Counted from the first letter of the stretch, positions 37,643 through 49,224 are shown. The stretch is DNA of 64,000 bases from Candidatus Izemoplasmatales bacterium (GCA_050177605.1 JBFXGX010000002.1:32001-96000); one strand, 5' to 3'. Translations and numbers: made by a program. The notes: generated by a model from the sequence alone, not told the origin.

Positions 37643-40309
37643 ATGAAAAAAACTGGTATTTTATTCTATGAGGATGGCTCATACAAGATTCCTCACATCG
37701 ACCAATTTAGTAATTTGTACTTTCCACTTTTTAACTACTTTGGAATGAAATCGGCGATTACTCCAACACTGCATGGTGATATAAAAATTGATCAAAATCA
37801 TTTTGGGATGATTCCATCTTCAGGTGAGGATTTAAAAAATCCTCTCAATGCTCGGAACATCTTTTTTCGCGTTGATGGGACAACTTGGAATGTTACAGGG
37901 TTGACACCATATCAAAAACAAGTTGAAGATGATGTTACACTTGAAAATGGATTGTTATATCAAAAAATCAAACGAAGAAACACTCATTTTGAAGTCGAAA
38001 TTACCAGTTTCGTTCCTTCTATCGAACGGGCGATTGAATTACATAAAGTCATCTTTAGAAATACATCCAATATCGATTTATCAGTAAAACCGGTTGTCGG
38101 GATTCCAATTTTTGGAAGAAGTGCAGATAACTTAAGAGATCATCGTCATGTGACCTCTTTGTTAAATAGAGTTTATCTGACAGAGTATGGCGTTATTAAT
38201 CAACCAACGCTTTCTTTTGATGAAAGAGGGCATCAAGAAAATCATTATGCTTACGGCGTATTTGCAAAGTCAAATCTTCATTCAAAAGTCAAACATTATT
38301 GGCCGATTCTTCAAGAGTTCCTTGGCGAAGGAAGCGATATGTTTTATCCAAGTGTAGTTGCTTTTGATCAAGAAAATGACTATCAAGTTGGTGATATCGT
38401 TGAAGGGTTTGAAGCCATTGGTGGTCTTGAATTTGAAGAGATCAAAATAAGCCCAAATCAAGAACTCGAACTGATTGTTTCCTTTGAAATTCATAGCAAT
38501 CTTCATGAACTTATTTCACTCCAAAAAGAGATGAATGATATTTGCTTCAACTGTTTATTTGAAGAAACTAAAAACTTCTGGAAAAAAGACTTTGAAACCT
38601 CTTATTTTACAATCGGTGACAAAGATATGTCAGGATGGTATCGTCAAGTTGGAATTCAACCACTGGTAAGAAGAATTTATGGAAACTCCTTTTTACCACA
38701 TCATGATTATGGACGTGGAGGAAGAGGCTGGCGTGATTTATGGCAAGATAGCCTCGCGCTCATTTTAAAAAACCCTTCGGACGTTCGTAGTAATATCATT
38801 AACTATTTTAAAGGTGTCAGAATTGATGGTTCAAACGCTACAATCATTGGTGATAAACCAGGAGAATTTTTAGCCGATAGAAATAAAATAGTACGTGTTT
38901 GGTCCGATCATGGTGCATGGCCATTTATCACTGTTGATTTTTATATTCAAAGGACAGGCGACATAAACATCTTGTTAGAAAAACAAGGATATTTTAAAGA
39001 TAAGTTTACCCATTATACTAAACAAATTGATTCTTTATACAAAGAAGAACAAGGTAAAGATTTATTAAAGAAAGATGGTTCAGTATATCAAGGAACGATC
39101 TTAGAACATATATTAGTACAAAACTTAGCGGCTTATTATAATGTCGGTCTTCATGGTAATATTCGGATTGAAGATGCCGATTGGAATGATGGATTTGATA
39201 TGGCTTCACTGAAAGGTGAAACGGTTGCGTTCACTCACCTTTATATTGGTAATTTAAGAAAAATGATTGAGTTACTTCTCAAATTGAAGGAAGTTGGACA
39301 TACACATATTACCGTATTTGAAGAGTTCCAGTACTTGATGAATAAAGATCAACACAAAGGATTAACACCAACTAAGAAACAAGAGAAGCTAGCGCATTTC
39401 TTTGATCAAGTCACACATCAATTAAGTGGAAAGACACTTGAAATATTAATTGAAGGTATCGTAAAAGATCTTGAACTTAAAATCGATGTTATGATGACTC
39501 ATCTTAACCTACAAGAGTGGATGAGTTTTGGAGATTTAGGAACATTTAACGGCTACTATGATAAGTTTGGAAATAGAGTAGAATCACTTGAAGACCCAGT
39601 GAAATTAATGCTAACATCGCAAGTATTCCCACTCATGGCACATAATGCATCAGCTGAACAGATTCAAAAAATCTATCAAACATCCAAAAAATACCTTTAC
39701 TCAGATGAATTTAAAAGTTATCGTCTCAATACTCCTTTTGGCGAGAATAAAATGAATTTAGGAAGGTTTATGGGCTTTGCCTATGGACATAAAGAGAATG
39801 GCGCATTTTTCTCTCATATGACGATGATGTTTGCCTATGCATTACTCGATAATGGATACACGCTAGAAGGGACAGATATCATCGATGATTACATTCATTA
39901 TCTCCTTGATATTAATCGTTCCAAAATTCTTCCTGGAATTCCCGAATATATCGATCCAACCGGTCGTGGAATGTATCATTTCTTAACAGGATCAGCTTCT
40001 TGGGTTGTGATTACACTTGTCGAACAAATCTTTGGAGTTAAAGCTCGTTTTGGAGATTTAGTTTTATCTCCTCATTTAAGAAAAAGACATTTTGATTTGA
40101 GTGACCCTAGTCTTAATATCATCCTACATGGAAAGAAATTGAACATTTCATACCAAAATACGATGGGATTAGAATATGGTGAATATCATATCGAAAAAGT
40201 TATTCTGAATAAAACTGAAATAAAAACAGATAAATACGAATGTATTATTCCAAAAGAAAACATCACTGAAGATGCTAAAATTATTGTAATTTTAGGAGGA
40301 GACAAATGA
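37643..40309 (+). CDS. GH94 glycoside phosphorylase, probable laminaribiose phosphorylase
   Basis: GRSADNLRDHRHVTSLL, DYGRGGRGWRDLWQD, catalytic-loop DWNDG and GHKENG; beta-1,3-glucan gene context. ATG 37643 after GGAGG. Confidence 0.85.
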   Translation: MKKTGILFYEDGSYKIPHIDQFSNLYFPLFNYFGMKSAITPTLHGDIKIDQNHFGMIPSSGEDLKNPLNARNIFFRVDGTTWNVTGLTPYQKQVEDDVTLENGLLYQKIKRRNTHFEVEITSFVPSIERAIELHKVIFRNTSNIDLSVKPVVGIPIFGRSADNLRDHRHVTSLLNRVYLTEYGVINQPTLSFDERGHQENHYAYGVFAKSNLHSKVKHYWPILQEFLGEGSDMFYPSVVAFDQENDYQVGDIVEGFEAIGGLEFEEIKISPNQELELIVSFEIHSNLHELISLQKEMNDICFNCLFEETKNFWKKDFETSYFTIGDKDMSGWYRQVGIQPLVRRIYGNSFLPHHDYGRGGRGWRDLWQDSLALILKNPSDVRSNIINYFKGVRIDGSNATIIGDKPGEFLADRNKIVRVWSDHGAWPFITVDFYIQRTGDINILLEKQGYFKDKFTHYTKQIDSLYKEEQGKDLLKKDGSVYQGTILEHILVQNLAAYYNVGLHGNIRIEDADWNDGFDMASLKGETVAFTHLYIGNLRKMIELLLKLKEVGHTHITVFEEFQYLMNKDQHKGLTPTKKQEKLAHFFDQVTHQLSGKTLEILIEGIVKDLELKIDVMMTHLNLQEWMSFGDLGTFNGYYDKFGNRVESLEDPVKLMLTSQVFPLMAHNASAEQIQKIYQTSKKYLYSDEFKSYRLNTPFGENKMNLGRFMGFAYGHKENGAFFSHMTMMFAYALLDNGYTLEGTDIIDDYIHYLLDINRSKILPGIPEYIDPTGRGMYHFLTGSASWVVITLVEQIFGVKARFGDLVLSPHLRKRHFDLSDPSLNIILHGKKLNISYQNTMGLEYGEYHIEKVILNKTEIKTDKYECIIPKENITEDAKIIVILGGDK

Positions 40310-41046
40310 AAAAGTATGTATTAAATTGGTCTGATGAATTTGATTATGAAGGTCCAGTAGATTCTTCAAAATGGAGTTATGATTTAGGCTATGGAAAATG
40401 GGGAAATGGAGAACCGCAATATTATACTGAAGGTCATAATTCTTGGTGTAAAGATTCAATATTGACAATTGAAGGTCGTGTTGAAGATTATGAAGGATGC
40501 CACTATACTTCAGCCCGTGTTACGACATATGAGAAGAAACATTTTCTCTATGGACGATTAGAAGTAAGAGCAAAGATTCCAACCGCAATAGGTTCATGGC
40601 CAGCAATATGGTTATTACCTGTAGAATTTAAAGAAAAACAAGTTAGTTGGCCAAGATGTGGTGAAATTGATGTTATGGAACATGTCACACATATTTTCGA
40701 TACTGTTCATGTTAGTCTTCACACGGAATTATTTAATCATGTGGCAAGAACACAACGAACTCATTTTGAAAAAATCGATGGAATAACCAATGATTTTCAC
40801 GAATTTGCATTTAATTGGCAAAAAGATGAAATTGAGTTCTTTATCGATGGAGTATCCTTTGCGAAATATTCTAGATTTGATGAAGGCTACACGACAGATG
40901 AAACTGGATGGCCATTCGATAAACCTTATTACCTCATCTTAAATCAAGCCATTGGTGGTACTTGGGGTGGAAGAGTGGAAGAAAAAGACTACCCTTCACA
41001 GTTTCTCATTGATTACGTTCGCTTTTACGATATAATTGAAGACTAA
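40306..41046 (+). CDS. GH16 endo-beta-1,3-glucanase (laminarinase-like), no signal peptide
   Basis: WSDEFD, YTSAR, WPAIW and catalytic EIDVME. Confidence 0.92.
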   Translation: MKKYVLNWSDEFDYEGPVDSSKWSYDLGYGKWGNGEPQYYTEGHNSWCKDSILTIEGRVEDYEGCHYTSARVTTYEKKHFLYGRLEVRAKIPTAIGSWPAIWLLPVEFKEKQVSWPRCGEIDVMEHVTHIFDTVHVSLHTELFNHVARTQRTHFEKIDGITNDFHEFAFNWQKDEIEFFIDGVSFAKYSRFDEGYTTDETGWPFDKPYYLILNQAIGGTWGGRVEEKDYPSQFLIDYVRFYDIIED

Positions 41047-41070
41047 AGGTTGTGGAAACACAACCTTTTT
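41045..41070 (+). terminator. Intrinsic terminator
   Basis: AAAGGTTGTG-GAAA-CACAACCTTT plus T-run. Confidence 0.85.
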
Positions 41071-41088
41071 CATATTTTGTTACACATA

Positions 41089-41136
41089 TTGTGTTTTTAC
41101 TTCTAAAGAAGTATAATAGATATGTAAACAGTTACA
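41089..41136 (+). promoter_or_regulatory. Sigma-A promoter and LacI/cre-type operator
   Basis: TTGTGT 41089-41094, 17 nt, TATAAT 41112-41117; TGTAAACAGTTACA 41123-41136. Confidence 0.75.
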
Positions 41137-41154
41137 CAAAAAGGAGAAATGAAT

Positions 41155-42465
41155 ATGTCAAAAGTGATTGTCACCGCTAAAAATACTGATTTTAGATTAT
41201 CTGTAACCAAAGATCTTACGTTGCCACTATCTAAAAAATCAAATGAAATTAAAATTAATAAAAATGTGAAATTCCAACAAATGCTCGGATTTGGTGGAGC
41301 TTTTACTGAATCAGCTTGTTATAACCTTTATCGAGTTAATAGTGAAGTAAGAAAAAAAGCTTTAGAACTTTATTTTGATCCAGAAATTGGTATTGGGTAT
41401 ACGATAGGCCGAGTATCCATCCATGGATGTGATTTTTCATTATCAAGTTACACTTACATTGAAGAAGGGGATAAAGAGTTAAAGACTTTTGATATTTCTC
41501 GCGATTTTAATTATGTCATTCCGGTCATTAAACAAGCCGAAAAAATGGCAGGACAACCCATCAAATTACTCGCCTCTCCTTGGACTCCACCAGCATTTAT
41601 GAAGGATAATAATTCTCCAATTCGCGGAGGTCATTTACTAGAAGAATTCGCACCTGCATGGGCAAATTATTATCTTAAGTTTATTGAAAAATACACTGAA
41701 GCTGGTCTTAATATTTGGGGGATTACAGTTCAAAATGAACCAGCGGCAGTACAACGTTGGGATTCATGTATATATTCACCAATTGAGGAAAGAGATTTCT
41801 TGAAAAATCATTTAGGACCAACTATCAAGAATTCAGTGTTCAAAGATGTAAACATTCTTGTTTGGGATCATAATCGTGATGTTATCGTTGAACGTGTTTC
41901 ACCAATTTTTTCTGACCCAGAAGCCGCAAAATATGCTTGGGGAACAGGATTCCATTGGTATGTGAGTGAAGCATTTGAAAATGTAGGAAAAGTAAAAGAA
42001 CTATTCCCAGACAAAGGATTATTATTTACCGAAGGATGCGTCGAAGCAGGTCCACATCGTGATGATTGGTCTACCGGAGAACGATATGCTAGAAATATGT
42101 TTGGAGATATCTTAAACTATTGTGAAGGGTATCTTGACTGGAACCTATTTTTAGATGAAACAGGCGGGCCAAATCACGTAAATAACTTATGTGACGCCCC
42201 AATCCTGATCGATATATTCCCTGAAAGACTGATTCTTGAATCAAGTTATTATTACATTGGTCAAATATCAAAATATGTAAAACCAGGATCTTATCGTATT
42301 GAAACAAGCTTTAAACACGATTTTATTCAAGTATTAGGATTTGAAAATCCAAATGGTGAAGTGGTCGTGGTGTTGCTCAATCAAACAGATCAATCAGATA
42401 CTGTTCAAGTGGGCGATAATGACTATCAAGTTTTAGCTCATTCGATAATGACAATTGTTTTATAG
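41155..42465 (+). CDS. GH30 glycoside hydrolase (glucosylceramidase-like), cytoplasmic
   Basis: GFGGAFTE, ASPWTPP, acid/base QNEP, FHWY and nucleophile FTEGC; ATG 41155 (or 41149). Confidence 0.9.
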   Translation: MSKVIVTAKNTDFRLSVTKDLTLPLSKKSNEIKINKNVKFQQMLGFGGAFTESACYNLYRVNSEVRKKALELYFDPEIGIGYTIGRVSIHGCDFSLSSYTYIEEGDKELKTFDISRDFNYVIPVIKQAEKMAGQPIKLLASPWTPPAFMKDNNSPIRGGHLLEEFAPAWANYYLKFIEKYTEAGLNIWGITVQNEPAAVQRWDSCIYSPIEERDFLKNHLGPTIKNSVFKDVNILVWDHNRDVIVERVSPIFSDPEAAKYAWGTGFHWYVSEAFENVGKVKELFPDKGLLFTEGCVEAGPHRDDWSTGERYARNMFGDILNYCEGYLDWNLFLDETGGPNHVNNLCDAPILIDIFPERLILESSYYYIGQISKYVKPGSYRIETSFKHDFIQVLGFENPNGEVVVVLLNQTDQSDTVQVGDNDYQVLAHSIMTIVL

Positions 42466-42474
42466 GAGTAAAAG

Positions 42475-43479
42475 ATGGAAAAAATTAAGTCAGTTAATTT
42501 AGGCGGATGGTTCGTTCTCGAAAGATGGATGAAACCATCTTTGTTTGAAGAAACAAAGCAAAAAGCACGTTGCGAAACGAGTTTTGTACTCAATCATCCA
42601 AATCCAAAAGAAGCTTTGCATGAACACTGGAAAACTTGGATTCAAAAGGAAGATATTGTTTGGTTGAAAAACTTAGGAATCAACCTTGTAAGAATCCCTA
42701 TTCCTTGGTGGTTATTTCCGGAAACTTTTCCGACAGAAACACCTTATGTATCACCACTAACATATATCCATGAAGCGATGGATTTTATCCACGAAGCGGG
42801 AATGAAAGTTATGTTGGATTTACATACAGCTCCAGGGAGTCAAAATGGATTTGATAATGGTGGCATCGATGGGGTATTAACATGGCATCATGATCCTAAA
42901 AATATCGAAATAACCATCGAAGTACTGAAGATGATAGCAACTGAATTTAAGGACCATCCAGCCTTACATTCATTACAAGTATTAAATGAACCTCATATGA
43001 CCATTGATATGAATATTATTGAAGATTTCTACATTCGAAGCTATGATGCCTTAAGAGAGATTCTTCATAAGGATACTTATATCGTATTCCATGATTCGTT
43101 TAGACTTCATCACTGGATGCCATTTTTCAAAGAGAAGAACTGGTCAAACGTTATCCTAGATACGCATATCTATCAATGCTTTTCCGATTATTTTAATCAA
43201 ATCGATGAACAAACATTCCTGAATCATCCTTTTAAGATTGAACCAGAACTAAAGGAAATTGATCAAGTCGTTCCTTTAATTGTCGGTGAATGGTCACTTG
43301 GTGCTAGAAGTTTTGATACTTCTAAATCAAGAGAAGAGTTTGAACAAAAATTTGCTGAAAACCAATTAAGTGTGTTTAACCAAATTACAGGTTGGACATT
43401 CTGGTCTTATAAAATAAGCGACTATCATAGCGGTTGGAATTTCCGCGGATTAATTGAGAGGGGGATTATCAAACTTTGA
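42475..43479 (+). CDS. GH5 glycoside hydrolase (exo-beta-1,3-glucanase-like)
   Basis: VNLGGWFVLERWM, DLHTAPGSQNGFDN, LNEP and VGEWS. Confidence 0.9.
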   Translation: MEKIKSVNLGGWFVLERWMKPSLFEETKQKARCETSFVLNHPNPKEALHEHWKTWIQKEDIVWLKNLGINLVRIPIPWWLFPETFPTETPYVSPLTYIHEAMDFIHEAGMKVMLDLHTAPGSQNGFDNGGIDGVLTWHHDPKNIEITIEVLKMIATEFKDHPALHSLQVLNEPHMTIDMNIIEDFYIRSYDALREILHKDTYIVFHDSFRLHHWMPFFKEKNWSNVILDTHIYQCFSDYFNQIDEQTFLNHPFKIEPELKEIDQVVPLIVGEWSLGARSFDTSKSREEFEQKFAENQLSVFNQITGWTFWSYKISDYHSGWNFRGLIERGIIKL

Positions 43480-45002
43480 AACGATTAATAATTGCCGGAT
43501 TACTTTTACTAACAAGTTTGTCGTTATTTGCTTGTGAGAATAATACGACATCAGATACACTGACTTCTATTACAACCACAACAACTACTACCTCTGAAAC
43601 CACTACTTCCACGACCTCGATTGATGTGAGCCAAACGGAAGTTTTTGGTTATACTTCAAACACAGCTGGGCTATTTAGTGATATTGAGTATATCTCTGAT
43701 TGGGATAAGGGAGCCTTAACATCAACATTCATCAATGTAGATGATTTTCAAACTTTCCAAACATTTTATGGTACAGGGGCTGCATTAACCTATTCAAGTG
43801 CTTATGTCATCAATCAATCACCTGATAGAGATGAAATCATCAATTACTTGTTCTCGGAAAGTGGCCTTCACATTCAACTAGTGAGATTAACAGTTGGAGC
43901 GAGTGACTTTGTGCCATCAAGTGTGGGACATTACACATATGATGATAGTCCAAATAACACTGCAGATATGGAGCTTAACTATTTTTCTTTGGAACAAGAC
44001 CAAATTATTTTTGATATCATAGAGCAAGCACTAGAAATCAATCCTGACATCGTTTTTCTTGCAGCGCCTTGGAGTGCTCCAGCTTGGATGAAAACAAATA
44101 AGAATTTATATGGCGGTGCCTTAAGTACAATCTACTATAATTCTTACGCAAATTATCTTATTCGCTATTTACAAGAAATGGAGAATATGGGAATTCATAT
44201 TAAGTATTTGTCGATTCAAAATGAACCATATTACGCACCGTATGACTATCCAGGTATGACTTGGACAATCGATACAACCAAAATATTCATTCGTGATTTC
44301 TTAGGCCCAAAACTTGTGGAAAATGGACTGACGACCTCCATCATGATTTGGGACCATAATCCAGTCGATAATAATGGTAATCTCATTGATTACCCGGTTC
44401 GTGTATTGAACAACGAAGAGACAGCTTCCTATGTGGGAGCGATTGGTGTCCATTGCTACACAGGTGATGACGCCGATATGTATGATTTTCTTGATTATTT
44501 ACATGAAAATAATCCTGAAATGGAAGTATTTATGACTGAATGTACAGCTGTAACAACGTACAAGAACTTATCTCAAAACATGGAATGGTCTTTAAGAAGA
44601 ATGTATTTAGAAACATATAATCGCTTTGCTTCAGGTACAACCTACTGGAACATGGTACTCGATCCAGTAGGATCAGTTCATGATGGTGGATGCTCAAACT
44701 GTACAGGTTTACTTAGTGTTCCGATAGACGGTTCCTCTGGTTATACAGTAGAAGCTGATGCTTATGTCACGGGTCATTTTTCAAAAGACATTATGAGTGG
44801 CGCTACACGCATCTATACCAAAGCGAATAATACAGGTCTTCTCGTCACTGGATTTAAAGATCAAAACGGAAAAATCACACTCGTCATTTTTAATGATTCT
44901 GTTGCAAGAACAACGACAATCAATTGGCGAAATCATTCATTTGCAATTGCTTTACCTCAATCGTCTCTTACTACGGTGTACTGGACAGTTGAAGAAGAAT
45001 AA
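43476..45002 (+). CDS. GH30 lipoprotein (endo-beta-1,6-glucanase-like)
   Basis: Lipobox LFAC, Thr linker, GASDF, APWSAPAWMK, QNEP, HCY and MTEC. Confidence 0.85.
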   Translation: MKRLIIAGLLLLTSLSLFACENNTTSDTLTSITTTTTTTSETTTSTTSIDVSQTEVFGYTSNTAGLFSDIEYISDWDKGALTSTFINVDDFQTFQTFYGTGAALTYSSAYVINQSPDRDEIINYLFSESGLHIQLVRLTVGASDFVPSSVGHYTYDDSPNNTADMELNYFSLEQDQIIFDIIEQALEINPDIVFLAAPWSAPAWMKTNKNLYGGALSTIYYNSYANYLIRYLQEMENMGIHIKYLSIQNEPYYAPYDYPGMTWTIDTTKIFIRDFLGPKLVENGLTTSIMIWDHNPVDNNGNLIDYPVRVLNNEETASYVGAIGVHCYTGDDADMYDFLDYLHENNPEMEVFMTECTAVTTYKNLSQNMEWSLRRMYLETYNRFASGTTYWNMVLDPVGSVHDGGCSNCTGLLSVPIDGSSGYTVEADAYVTGHFSKDIMSGATRIYTKANNTGLLVTGFKDQNGKITLVIFNDSVARTTTINWRNHSFAIALPQSSLTTVYWTVEEE

Positions 45003-45028
45003 AATATTTAAAAATTGAAGGGGATTTT

Positions 45029-46972
45029 ATGAAAAAATTTACGGTACTACTTACACTTTTACTAACAGTGTTTGTTGTAGGATGTAATTTATCTACAGTT
45101 ACTGATACAACAACTACTACAGACACAACACAGACGACGACTTCTACGTCTTCTAGTGAAACGACAACTTCCTTTAAAACGGACGAAGCTGCTGTAACTT
45201 ACGGAGGCTCTTACTGTGACACACTCGAAGTTGATGACACGTTTATTGACAACTTACTTGATAGCTTAACACTTTCTGAAAAAGTTGGGCAAATGCTACA
45301 AGCAGAGAAAAACGGTGCTTCCACAAGCGATGCGAAAAACTATAATCTTGGTAGCGTCTTAAGTGGCGGGGGAAGTGCTCCATCAACAAACGATGCGTAT
45401 CACTGGTATTTACTCTATAAATCTTATCAAGATGCGATGCAATCATCATCAACTCAAATTCCTATTATTTATGGACTAGATGCAGTTCATGGTGACAACA
45501 ATGTTCCTAGTGCAACGATTTTTCCGCATAACATTGGACTTGGCGCTGCTAATGATCCAGATTTGATGGAACGTATTGGTATTATTACTGCAAGAGAAGT
45601 ACGAGTCACTGGAATGAATTATACATTCGCACCAGCTGTAAGTCTTGTTCAAGATATCTCTTGGGGTAGAACCTATGAATCCTTTAGCGAAAGTGTTGAT
45701 ATTGTTACCAATCTTGCTGGATCATATATCAATGGACTTCAATCCTATTGTGTTGGTGCATCCGCGAAACACTTTGTCGCAGATGGTGGTACAGATGGTG
45801 GAGTTGACGAAGGAAATGCAACACTAACTGAAGAAGAAGTACGTGCAATTCATTTGCAACCTTATTATGATGCAATTGAAGCTGGCGTATATACAATAAT
45901 GGTTTCTTATAGTTCCATCAATAATGTGAAAATGCATGAAAGTGATTACTGGATTACCGATGTATTAAAGGGCGAAATGGGATTCGATGGCTTCGTAATA
46001 TCTGATTATAATGCGATTCATCAATTACCAGGAAACTACTATAATCAATTAGTTACTTCTGTGAATGCCGGTATTGATATGTTAATGGAACCTTTTGACT
46101 GGAAAAGTGCAATTGAAAATATCATTTTAGCGGTGAATAACGGTGATATTTCGATGGAAAGAATTGATGATGCAGTCCGTCGTATCTTAGTTATCAAGTA
46201 TAAAATGGGATTATTCTCAGATGATTTCTATAACGAAGAAACAGGTCAATACTACCGTATTACCTATGATGAAGGTTTTGCGACAGAAGAAAATTTAGCA
46301 GTTGCGAGAGAAGCGGTTCGCAAGTCTTTAGTATTACTTAAAAACGATAACAATGCCTTGCCTTTATCCAAGAGTGAGAATGTAGCTGTTTTAGGTGAAG
46401 GTGCTGATAATATTGGATTACAATGTGGAGGATGGACGATTTCTTGGCAAGGAAGCGATGCTGCAAGACTGACAAGAGGAACGACCATTTTACAAGGAAT
46501 GAAACAAGCCGTTGGTCAGACTCCTGGTAATGTCTATGAAGACATTGCTTTAGCGGATAAAGTAGTTGTTGTATTATCAGAAAATCCTTACGCAGAATAT
46601 AACGGTGACAATGATTACCCATCACTAACTGGTGCTACAGCGAATGCTGGAAATGCAGCATTATTAGATCAAATTCTCATTGCGAAAAGTTTAGGTAAAA
46701 CAGTCATCGCTGTGATTGTTGCTGGAAGACCTTTATTACTTGATAATTATCTTCCTTATTTCGATGCATTAGTGATGGCGTTTTTACCAGGTTCTGAAGC
46801 AGGACTAGGGATGGCTGATGTGCTTTATGGTGATTACGATTTTACAGGGAAATTACCTGTTACTTGGCCAAAAACAGCTGCTGGAATTGGTATGAATATT
46901 AATCGAGTAGATTATAATCCAGAGGTAGTTCTTTTCCCATTTGGCTATGGACTATCCTACAAGGAGGAATAA
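45029..46972 (+). CDS. GH3 lipoprotein (exo-beta-glucanase/beta-glucosidase)
   Basis: Lipobox VVGC, GSVLSGGGS, DAVHG, WGRTYE, KHFVADGG and nucleophile ISDY. Confidence 0.9.
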   Translation: MKKFTVLLTLLLTVFVVGCNLSTVTDTTTTTDTTQTTTSTSSSETTTSFKTDEAAVTYGGSYCDTLEVDDTFIDNLLDSLTLSEKVGQMLQAEKNGASTSDAKNYNLGSVLSGGGSAPSTNDAYHWYLLYKSYQDAMQSSSTQIPIIYGLDAVHGDNNVPSATIFPHNIGLGAANDPDLMERIGIITAREVRVTGMNYTFAPAVSLVQDISWGRTYESFSESVDIVTNLAGSYINGLQSYCVGASAKHFVADGGTDGGVDEGNATLTEEEVRAIHLQPYYDAIEAGVYTIMVSYSSINNVKMHESDYWITDVLKGEMGFDGFVISDYNAIHQLPGNYYNQLVTSVNAGIDMLMEPFDWKSAIENIILAVNNGDISMERIDDAVRRILVIKYKMGLFSDDFYNEETGQYYRITYDEGFATEENLAVAREAVRKSLVLLKNDNNALPLSKSENVAVLGEGADNIGLQCGGWTISWQGSDAARLTRGTTILQGMKQAVGQTPGNVYEDIALADKVVVVLSENPYAEYNGDNDYPSLTGATANAGNAALLDQILIAKSLGKTVIAVIVAGRPLLLDNYLPYFDALVMAFLPGSEAGLGMADVLYGDYDFTGKLPVTWPKTAAGIGMNINRVDYNPEVVLFPFGYGLSYKEE

Positions 46973-46977
46973 ATAAA

Positions 46978-49173
46978 TTGAAAGCAGAAGAGGTATTGTG
47001 TAAGTTAACTTTGGAAGAAAAAGCAATTCTCTTAACTGGAAAGAAAAACTGGTTTTTTAATGGCGTTCCTCGACTAGGAATTCGTGATTTTGTTGTGGGT
47101 GATGGTCCTCATGGATTACGTGCCTATCAAAATATCATGGAAAATGGTGGTTATCCTGAAACAAGAATGCCTGCGACAATGTTTCCATCCGCAAGTGCCA
47201 TGGCTTCTTCATTCCATCCTGAACTTCTTTTTGAAGTAGGAAAAGTCATCGGAAAAGAATGTAATCACTATCATGTTGATATTATTTTAGGTCCTGGCAT
47301 CAACGGAAAGAGGAGTCCACTAGCTGGAAGAAATTTCGAGTATTATAGCGAAGACCCTTGGTTAACTGCAAAAATGGGAGAAGCCTTTGTCAAAGGTGTT
47401 CAAAGCGAAGGCGTTGGAACATCTCTCAAACATTTTATTTTAAACGAACAAGAATCATCAAGACGATTTATTAGTTCACAGGTCGATAATCGTACATTCA
47501 GAGAACTATACGCGCTTCCTTTTGAACATATCGTCAAGACTGCTAAGCCTTTAACGATTATGCCTAGTTATAATAAAATAAATGGTGTCTATGCATGCCA
47601 AAATCTTGAAATACTTGACGCATTATTAAAAAAAGAATGGGGATTCGAAGGAATTACAATTTCTGATTGGGGTGCTGTTCAAGATAAAAAAGCAAGTATA
47701 GAAGCTACCTTAGATATTGAAATGCCTGAATCAGAATGGAAAGACAAGTTCATTGAAGATGTCAAAAACGGACTATATAGCGAGTCGCAGATTAATGAAA
47801 GAGCGCTTCGTGTTTTAAAAGCATATGAGTGGATGCTTCAAAATAAAAATCATGGCTTAAAAACGAATTTTGAAGAGAATCATCTGATTGCGAAAAAAGT
47901 CGCAGACGAATCTGTTTGCTTACTGAAGAACGAAAATGCGATTCTTCCACTTGAAATGGGAAGTCGTGTCATCGTTTTAGGTGAATATGCCGCTAATCCA
48001 AGAATTAATGGCGGAGGAAGTTCTGATTTAATGCCATACCTTGTAAATAACACTTTAGAAGAAATGATGAAATATGCGAAGGTAAGCTACTTTTCATCCT
48101 ATCAACTTACGAAGGATTTAGCAGATCAAATCCTATCCAGTAAAGATAAAATTGTCGTATTTGTTGGAACCACTGCAGAAATCGAGAGTGAAGGATTTGA
48201 TCGTAAAAATCTCGATTTACCGAAAGAACAAGTATTGTTTTTAACAGAAGTTTCAAAGATAAGTCAAAATCGATTAATCGTTGTAAATTCAAGTGGATCG
48301 GCAGTGAATTTTGAGCCATTTATCAAGGATACAAGTGCCTTATTACAAGCCTTCTTTTTAGGCTCAGCTACTGGTAAAACAATTGCTGATATTTTGTTTG
48401 GCGTTGTTAATCCATCAGGGAAATTATCTGAAACATTCCCTATTGACCTTGCTAATACACCAACCTATAAACAATTTCCAGGCACAGGAAAGACAAGTAT
48501 TTACCAAGAAGGTTTATTTACTGGATATAGGTTCTATGATACACATAAACTTCCTGTTAGATTCCCATTTGGGTATGGGCTCAGCTATACTCATTTTGAC
48601 TACAACGGCCTAAAATTATCTACAAATCAAGTAAGTGATGATTTTAACTTCCAAGCAAGTGTACTCGTTGAAAACACAGGAAAGAGAGATGGTTACGAAA
48701 CGGTAATGTTATTTGTAGGTTATCCAGAGAGTCAGTTTGTCCATCCAACGAAAGTGCTAAAACAATTCAAAAAAGTATGGATTCCATCTGGAGAGACCTG
48801 CAAGGTTACTTTTGATCTTACAAGGGAAGATTTTAAGGTCTTTGTAAGTGACAAATCGAAGTTCATGGTCGAGTCAGGAAGATACCTTATCTATGTTGGC
48901 AAGAACGTTACAGAAACGTTACCATATGAAACAATTGATATCTTCTCAAGCGATGTGTGTCACGCACCTAAACAGCTTGATTATCCTGCCGATGAATGGA
49001 TGAAATCGGATCCAGAAAAGTCGCTCTTACTCTCTTTAGAGAGCAAATATCGGAGTTTACTATGGTGGGAAAAAGAAGAACCACTTGAAAGAATACTAAA
49101 AAGAATTCAAAAAGAATTCAATTTATTAGACGATGAATGTGAAGAAATCCTACGTCAACTGGGATTGAATTGA
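46978..49173 (+). CDS. GH3 beta-glucosidase, cytoplasmic
   Basis: DGPHGLR, GRNFEYYSEDP, KHF, ISDWG, ESEGFDR, FPFGYGLSYT and an FnIII-like C-terminus. Confidence 0.92.
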   Translation: MKAEEVLCKLTLEEKAILLTGKKNWFFNGVPRLGIRDFVVGDGPHGLRAYQNIMENGGYPETRMPATMFPSASAMASSFHPELLFEVGKVIGKECNHYHVDIILGPGINGKRSPLAGRNFEYYSEDPWLTAKMGEAFVKGVQSEGVGTSLKHFILNEQESSRRFISSQVDNRTFRELYALPFEHIVKTAKPLTIMPSYNKINGVYACQNLEILDALLKKEWGFEGITISDWGAVQDKKASIEATLDIEMPESEWKDKFIEDVKNGLYSESQINERALRVLKAYEWMLQNKNHGLKTNFEENHLIAKKVADESVCLLKNENAILPLEMGSRVIVLGEYAANPRINGGGSSDLMPYLVNNTLEEMMKYAKVSYFSSYQLTKDLADQILSSKDKIVVFVGTTAEIESEGFDRKNLDLPKEQVLFLTEVSKISQNRLIVVNSSGSAVNFEPFIKDTSALLQAFFLGSATGKTIADILFGVVNPSGKLSETFPIDLANTPTYKQFPGTGKTSIYQEGLFTGYRFYDTHKLPVRFPFGYGLSYTHFDYNGLKLSTNQVSDDFNFQASVLVENTGKRDGYETVMLFVGYPESQFVHPTKVLKQFKKVWIPSGETCKVTFDLTREDFKVFVSDKSKFMVESGRYLIYVGKNVTETLPYETIDIFSSDVCHAPKQLDYPADEWMKSDPEKSLLLSLESKYRSLLWWEKEEPLERILKRIQKEFNLLDDECEEILRQLGLN

Positions 49174-49224
49174 TAACTTTCTTTACGAATGTATTTATGA
49201 AAACGAATGAAAATCCAAAAAATA